From Amoebidium appalachense (Eukaryota; Protista; Ichthyosporea), in contig CAVNZM010000005.1 of the NCBI GenBank assembly GCA_963693365.1, forward strand, positions 3,657,716-3,721,715: a stretch of DNA of 64,000 bases. Reading direction: 5' to 3'. Under the pieces are notes generated by a model. It did not search any database. It saw nothing but the letters and a program-made list of their open reading frames with translations, and was not told the origin of the DNA. Of the stretch, positions 49,575 to 64,000 are shown piece by piece. The stretch's first letter is position 1, and the number at the start of each line of letters is the position of its first letter. A program made the position numbers and the translations under genes.

Positions 49575-52500
49575 CTACCCTACCACCACCAGCAGCAGCA
49601 CCCAAGCCACGACCACGACAACGAAGACTTACCCAACAACAACCACCACCACAACAAAGACCACCACCCAGGCCACGACCACGACCACCACCAAGACCTA
49701 CCCTACCACCACCACCACCACCACCCAAGCCACCACCACGACAACGAAGACTTACCCAACAACATCCACCACCACAACAAAGACCACCACCCAGGCCACG
49801 ACCACGACCACCACCAAGACCTACCCTACCACCACCACCACCACCACCCAAGCCACCACCACGACAACGAATACTTACCCAACATCAACCACCACCACAA
49901 CAAAGACCACCACCCAGGCCACGACCACGACCACCACCAAGACCTACCCTACCACAACCACCACCACCACCCAAGCCACCACCACGACAACGAAGACTTA
50001 CCCAACAACAACCACCACAACATCAACGACCACCACCCAGGCCACGACCACGACCACCACCAAGACCTACCCTACCACCACCACCACCACCACCCAAGCC
50101 ACCACCACGACAACGAAGACTTACCCAACAACATCCACCACCACAACAAAGACCACCACCCAGGCCACGACCACAACCACCACCAAGACCTACCTTACCA
50201 CCACCACCACCACCACCCAAGCCACCACTACGACAACGAAGACTTACCCAACAACCACCACCACAACAACAAAGACCACCACCCAGGCCACGACCACAAG
50301 AACCACCAAGACCTACCCTACCACCACCACCACAACAACCACCACCACCACAGCAAAGACCACCACCCAGGACACTACCACCACCACCACCAAGACCTAC
50401 CCTACCACCACCACCACCACCACCACAACGAAGACCTACCCCACAAGCACAACCACCACAACTACGACCTACCCCACAATTACCACCACCACAACGAAGA
50501 CCTACCCAACCACTACCACCACCCCGGCCACCACCACCACAACCACCACCACGACCTACCCTACCACCACCAGCACCACCACAACGAAGACCTACCCAAC
50601 CACCACCACCACCCTGGCCACCACCACCACCAAGACATACCCTACCACCACCACCACCCCGGCCACCACCACCACCACCACCACCAAGACCTACCCTACC
50701 ACCATCACCAGCACCACCCAAGCCACGACCACGACAACGAAGACATACCCCACAACCACCACCACCACAACAAAGACCACCACCCAGGCCACGACCACAA
50801 CCACCACCAAGACCTACCCTACCACCACCACCACCACCACAACGAAATCCTACCCAACCACCACCACCACCCAAGCCACCACGACGACAACCAAGACCTA
50901 CCCCACAACCACCACCACCACAACAAAGACCACCACCCAGGCCACGACCACAACCACCACCAAGACCTACCCTACCACCACCACCACCACCGCAACGAAG
51001 AATACCTAACCACCACCACCACCCCAGGCACCACCACCACCACCACCAAGACCTACCCAACCACCACCACCACCCCAGCCACCACCACCACCACCACCAA
51101 GACCTACCCTACCACCACTACCAGCACCACCCAAGCCACGACCACGACAACGAAGACCTACCCCACAACCACCACCACCACAGCAAAGACCACCACCCAG
51201 GCCACGCCCACAACCACCACCAAGACCTACCCTACCACCACCACCAGCAGCACCCAAGCCACGACCACGACAACGAAGACTTACCCAACAACAACCACCA
51301 CCACAACAAAGACCACCACCCAGGCCACGACCACGACCACCACCAAGACCTACCCTACCACCACCACCACCACCACCCAAGCCACCACCACGACAACGAA
51401 GACTTACCCAACAACATCCACCACCACAACAAAGACCACCACCCAGGCCACGACCACGACCACCACCAAGACCTACCCTACCACCACCACCACCACCACC
51501 CAAGCCACCAACACGACAACGAAGACTTACCCAACAACCACCACCACAACAACAACGACCACCACCCAGGCCACGACCACAACCACCACCAAGACCTACC
51601 CTACCACCACCACCACAACAACCACCACCACGACAACGAAGACTTACCCAACAACCACCACCACAACAACAACCAATACCTACCCTACCACCACCACCAC
51701 AACAACCACCACCACTACAGCAAAGACCACCACCCAGGACACTACCACAACCACCACCAAGACCTACCCTACCACCACCACCACCACCACCACAACGAAG
51801 ACCTACCCCACAACCACAACCACCACAACTAAGACCTACCCCACAATTACCACCACCACAACGAAGACCTACCCAACCACTACCACCACCCCGGCCACCA
51901 CCACCACAACCACCACCACGACCTACCCTACCACCACCAGCACCACCACAACGAAGACCTACCCAACCACTACCACCACCCCGGCCACCACCACCACCAC
52001 CACCACCAAGACCTACCCTACCACCATCACCAGCACCACCCAAGCCACGACTACGACAACGAAAACCTACCCAACAACCACCACCACCACAACAAAGACT
52101 TACCCAGCCACCACCACCACCCAGGCCACGACCACCACCACCACCAAAACCTACCCCACAACCACCACCACCACCACAACGAAGACCTACCCCACCACCA
52201 CCACCACCCAGATCTACCCAACATCCAGTGGCTATTGTGCCCTCTTCGGCCAGAGCCATACTGCTGGATCTATCGATGTTTCCATCAGCGGCAGTCAGGC
52301 AACGGTGACGCTGGATACGTCCACCGCCGAGGGTGGGCCAATCGGAATTGAGGATTATCAGGTGGCCTTTGCATGCGACCTGGCCGGTATTCCCACGGCC
52401 CCAGACGGACAGCCTATCCCCGGCCAGTTTTCGCAGTGTGGCACAGCCAGCTACCCCGACTGTGTGGGTGCTCAGAGCATGGCAGGTGGCGCCACCACGG

Positions 52501-52679
52501 CCAGCCTCACGGTGGATGTGTCTGCGCTCAGCTGCAGCAATGCTGTGCTGGTGGTGCATTTCACGCTGGATAACGGAGAGACGGGCTTTGGCTGCGGCAA
52601 GTGTCTGCCCAGTGACCCTTGGTGCCAGTATGCATTCGACTCTCCCCGCTGGGCCTACTACATTCCCATCTCCATTTGA
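49575..52679 (+). pseudogene. Thr-rich mucin-like protein, 3' part with a Cys-containing C-terminal globular domain
   Basis: Resumes after the second CTACC (49575-49579) with the same KTYPTTTT repeats. Frameshift at ~51002. Ends in a ~150-aa unique domain YCALFGQSHTAGSIDV...IPTAPDGQPIPGQF...VVHF...ETGFG...WAYYIPISI-stop (~52210-52679). Confidence 0.8.
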
Positions 52680-53019
52680 AGTCACGTCAATTCTGATGGG
52701 GGACTGTGAAAGCTCTGTAACATAGTTTGTGTACATGTAGATATACGTTTCTGAGATCAAACTTGCAGCAAAGAGAAATGCAAGTGTGTGGTTTTCAATC
52801 ATGCGTGCTTTAATAGTTTTCCACTTAGAGGTAAATCTATATCTCTGCTGGTTTTCTAAGCACGATGTATTTTGAGGGGGGGAACGGCCTGAGGCAAAAA
52901 CGCTCGGGTAACTTACCCGGCCACGGGAAGAAATTGGAGTTGAAAATAAAATGAGATATCGTTATTATTCTTCCTTTACCATCTGTTTTTGGACTTGGTT
53001 ACACCCTTCAGTCATGGAC

Positions 53020-53115
53020 GGTAACCCCCGATCACCACCCCCGAGTCTCTCTCTCCCTCTCTCCCTCGGTAACCCCCGATCACCACCCCCGAGTCTCTCT
53101 CTCCCTCTCTCCCTC
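53020..53115. repeat. Local tandem duplication (~48 bp) at the edge of a CT-rich tract
   Basis: GGTAACCCCCGATCACCACCCCCGAGTCTCTCTCTCCCTCTCTCCCTC occurs twice in tandem. Confidence 0.85.
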
Positions 53116-54977
53116 TCTCCCTCTCTCCCTCTCTCCCTCTCTCTCTCTCTCTCTCTCCGAGTCTCTCTCTCCCTCTCTCCCTCTCTCCCTCTCTCCCTCT
53201 CTCCCTCTCTCCCTCTCTCCCTCTCTCCCTCTCTCCCTCTCCCTCTCTCTCTCTCTCTCTCCCTCTCTCCCTCTCTTGCTCTTGCTCTTGCTCTCGCTCT
53301 CTCTCTCTCCCCCCCCCCCCCCCCTCCCCCCTCTCCCCCCCCCCCCCTCTATCTCTCTCTCTATCAAAAGTCTCTCTTCTTTTTCTTCTCACACACACAC
53401 TCTCTCTCCCCCTCCCCTCCTACCCTCTCTCTCCCCTCTTCCCCCCCCCACTCCCCCTCTCTTTCCCTCTCCCTCTCCCTCTCTCTCTCTCTCTCTTCTC
53501 TCTTCCCCCCCGTCCCTCCCCCCCTGCCACCGCCGCCTCTCACTCTTGTTCTGTATTCTCTTTGCCTGTTTCTCTCTCTCTCCCTCCCCCTCCCACCATC
53601 GCCGCCTCTCACTGAGTCTCCTGTTCTCTGTTCTTTTTAGTCTTCTCTCTCTCTCTCTCTCTCTCTCTCCCTCTCCCTCTCTCTCTCTCTTCCCGCCCTC
53701 CCCCCCTCTTCCCTTTCTCCCACTCCCACTCCCACTCCCCCCCTCCCCCCCCCCTAGCTCCCTCCCCCCCCCCCCCCCCATTTCCGCCCCCTTTCCCCCC
53801 TACACCCCTGCTCGATCTATATCACTCTTCCTTTCTTCGAGAGCTTCCTTCCTCTCACGGCTTGGTTTCCAGTCCTGTATGCAGTCTTGCCCCCTTTTCT
53901 CTATCCCCTTCTTTTCCCTTTGCAATCAACCGTGTTTGCTTCAGGCTAATCACATCCCTCCCCACCTTCCCCCCTGTTACCCCCCCCCCCCCCCCCCCCC
54001 CCCCCCCACACACACACATACACGCACACACACACACGCACGCGCACCCATATTGTATCCCTTGTGGTGTCTCGTTTTCCCCATCGCCCCTAGGGGCACT
54101 CTTCTCTCTAAGCTTGTTGTCTCAAACGCCCCCCCCCCCCCTCCCCCCTCCCCCCTCCCCGGACTCTGCCCCCCCGGGCTTTGCTTTACCCTCCTTTCCT
54201 GTGGGACTTCCAAAGACTGCCACGTGCTACCCTTGCCCTACTCCGTTCTCTTGATTCCGTTTTTTCCACCGTTTAACCAACTTTTCCTATTCCCCCCTCT
54301 CCTCCCCTCCTCCCTCCCCGTTCACCCCCCTCCCCCCCCCCCCCCCCCTCCCCCTCTCTCTCCCCGAGCCCCCATCTGACGGATTCCTGAATCTCTCCTA
54401 TCGAAGAATGGGCTCTGTGTGTGTAATTATGCTGCCGGGAATGTGAGGCCCTCTGTTTTTCATTGTGTATTGGTCAGTATACACTATGTGATAATTTGGA
54501 CAATAGACAAAAGAGATTGGGAGTCGAACAGGCCAACTACCGAATGTTATGTCTACTGAATGCATTTATAACACTGTTGCAGTAGTTTATCTGTAACCAA
54601 AGTTTCCCTGAGTTGGCATGGCTGATAAATTCTAAAACAGGAAAATTCGAAGTGCCTGGTGACACACGACACACCCCACAAACAGCAGTCGCGGCATCCC
54701 CCCTCCTTCCCCCCCCCCCCTCCCCTCCCACTCCCCCCCCCCCCCCCCCCACCACCACAACCACCACCACCAAAAGGAAATATATATATATATATATATA
54801 TATAAATTGAAATTAAATTTTAAAACACCCAAAATAAACGCCCGTCTACCAGAGGTCCTTGAACTACCAGTGGTTTGTCGTATCTGTCTCCCAGGACACC
54901 CCCCCCCCCCCCCCCCCCTCCCCCCCACTTTTCCTCCCTGCCTCTCCCCCCCCCCCCCCCCCACCTTCTAGTCTCTT

Positions 54978-55012
<35 letters not shown>

Positions 55013-55514
55013 ATCCTTTACCCCATCTTCCAACCTCCAGGGCTTCCCACCATTCTCCCAAATACCACGTTAAACACCATTGCCACATTACATAGTAGTG
55101 AATACTACGTGTGCTAGTGAGCTAGTGCGCGGTGCGTATCGCCACGGTGTGCGTGCTTGTGTGTGTTCCTAAACATGTGTCTATTTGTGTGTGATTACGT
55201 GTGTGTGTGTATGTGTGTGCGCACGCGCGCGCGCGCCTGTGTGTATGGTGTATGTATGTGTGTATGTGCGTGCGCGCGTGTGTGTATGGTGTATGTGTAT
55301 GTATGTGTGTATGTGCGTGCGCGTACCGTTTATGGGTGCTTGTTATATGCCTGTGTGTGTGTGTGTGTTGTGGTTGTGCGTGTCTGTGTGGGTGTGTGTG
55401 CGCGCGCTCAGGTGATTGTGTGCTGGCTGTGTGCGTATAATATGACGTGTGTGTGTGTGTGTGTGCGCGCGCGCGCGTGTGTGTGTGTGTGCGTGTGTGT
55501 GTGTGTGTGTGTAC

Positions 55515-55563
<49 letters not shown>

Positions 55564-55592
55564 TTGTGTGTGCGTGTGTTTGTGCGTGTGTG

Positions 55593-55626
<34 letters not shown>

Positions 55627-55706
55627 GTCTGACCGTCTGTCTGTGTGTGTGTATGAGGTGACGGTGATTTTGTATGGGTGCCGCGGTGCGTGTGTGCTTC
55701 AATAAG

Positions 55707-55745
<39 letters not shown>

Positions 55746-55854
55746 TTCAATAGGTGCGTGCGTGCGTGCGTGCGTGCGTGCAGTGCGTGCGTGCGTGCGC
55801 GTGTGTCTGTGCGTTTGTGTGTACATGCTTGTGTGCGTACATGTGTGCGTGCGT

Positions 55855-55898
<44 letters not shown>

Positions 55899-56318
55899 GT
55901 GCGTGTGCGTGTGCGTGTGTGTGTGACATGTGTGTCTGTATGTCTGTGTGTCTGTGTGTGGTACGTTGACACCGATATTATCACATGATCGACATCATCA
56001 TCTAGCCTGAAAGTCTTTACACCCGTGACATTCGGATCAATCCCCCCCCCCCCCCCCCTCCCCCCGGAACCCATCCCCCCTCTCCCCCCGCTCCCCCCTC
56101 CCTCCCCCCCTCCCCCGCCGGGCTGAGTAGGGGCCAATCACCTCCCCCCGCCTCCCCTCACCTTCCCCCCATCCCCCTTCCTCTTCCTTATTTGTTTGAA
56201 TATTGCTTTTTGCGTCACGGAAAAAGCATCAATGTTGCAAGAGTTTGTCAACGTCGCCACCCACGCACAATCAGGTCTGCGCGCCAGGAATGTAACAGGC
56301 CCCCTTTGAACCAGCCTG

Positions 56319-56414
56319 ATTGGCTCACTTGCTGTATCGCCGGGCTTAGCCAATCATCTAACACCTGATAATTACCACCAATCAGCTTTTGTATATCATT
56401 TTATTGCAACCAAT
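56319..56414. promoter_or_regulatory. Cluster of four CCAAT boxes upstream of the ZFYVE28-like gene
   Basis: ATTGG at 56319 and CCAAT at 56350, 56378 and 56410, all in a CCAATCA context, 330-430 bp before the ATG at 56746. Confidence 0.55.
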
Positions 56415-56745
56415 CAAGAGCGACCAGCTGTTTGCAGAGCCAGGATGAACACAGGCGCCGCTTGGCCGAATGCTGGCCAAGTGCACATGAAACGTTGTTT
56501 AGCGCAGGGGAAACACATAGGAACCACCCCATATGCATTTGCACGCTTGTATGTTCGAGCCTACCATGCTTTTGATTTGGTTTAGCTGCCTTTCCAAACC
56601 TCAAAGAAGTAACACAATCTGTGGGAAGAGAGGGGAAAGTAGATGAAACTTTGTTTATTATCATCCACTAAGCACTTCGTGTTAGGAACAAAACAGGTAC
56701 ATTTATTTACAGTTTTCTCTATCCGTCTCTATGTATCAGAATAAG

Positions 56746-64000
<7,255 letters not shown>

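Noticed and set aside
52800-56100. Genes or RNA genes in the CT-rich and TG-rich interval
   Set aside because: Almost entirely simple repeats. No spliceable coding frame, tRNA cloverleaf or rRNA similarity was seen.

Overview
Intron-rich eukaryotic DNA, dense in (CA)n/(GT)n, poly-G/poly-C and (GA)n tracts. The gene set and intron style suggest a unicellular holozoan or similar protist (inference only). Most ORFs in the supplied track are microsatellite artefacts. Host genes rebuilt by hand with phase-consistent GT-AG splicing: (1) a minus-strand RD/RE-rich gene carrying a family of repeated intronic RNA hairpins, (2) a divergently oriented FAM133-like gene with a KKRSRWD (ULM-like) motif, (3) a 14-exon COX10, (4) a frameshifted small secreted Trp/Cys-rich gene, (5) a large Thr-rich mucin-like gene split by a transposon nest, and (6) a ZFYVE28/LST2 homologue running to the window end. 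The nest (33405-49574) is a young chromodomain-bearing Ty3/gypsy element A (5-bp TSD, tRNA-Arg-type PBS, gag-UAG-pol in one frame). Its pol linker holds two related elements of a second family: B, antisense and 3'-truncated, and C, a structurally complete gag-only element. Most notable: B and C share a non-canonical primer-binding site, AGCTACACC(CCC/TTT), flush against the LTR and complementary to the 5' end of tRNA-Ala rather than to a tRNA 3' end. Element A is strongly and strand-specifically enriched for ACGAA. The intronic hairpin family shows compensatory base changes.
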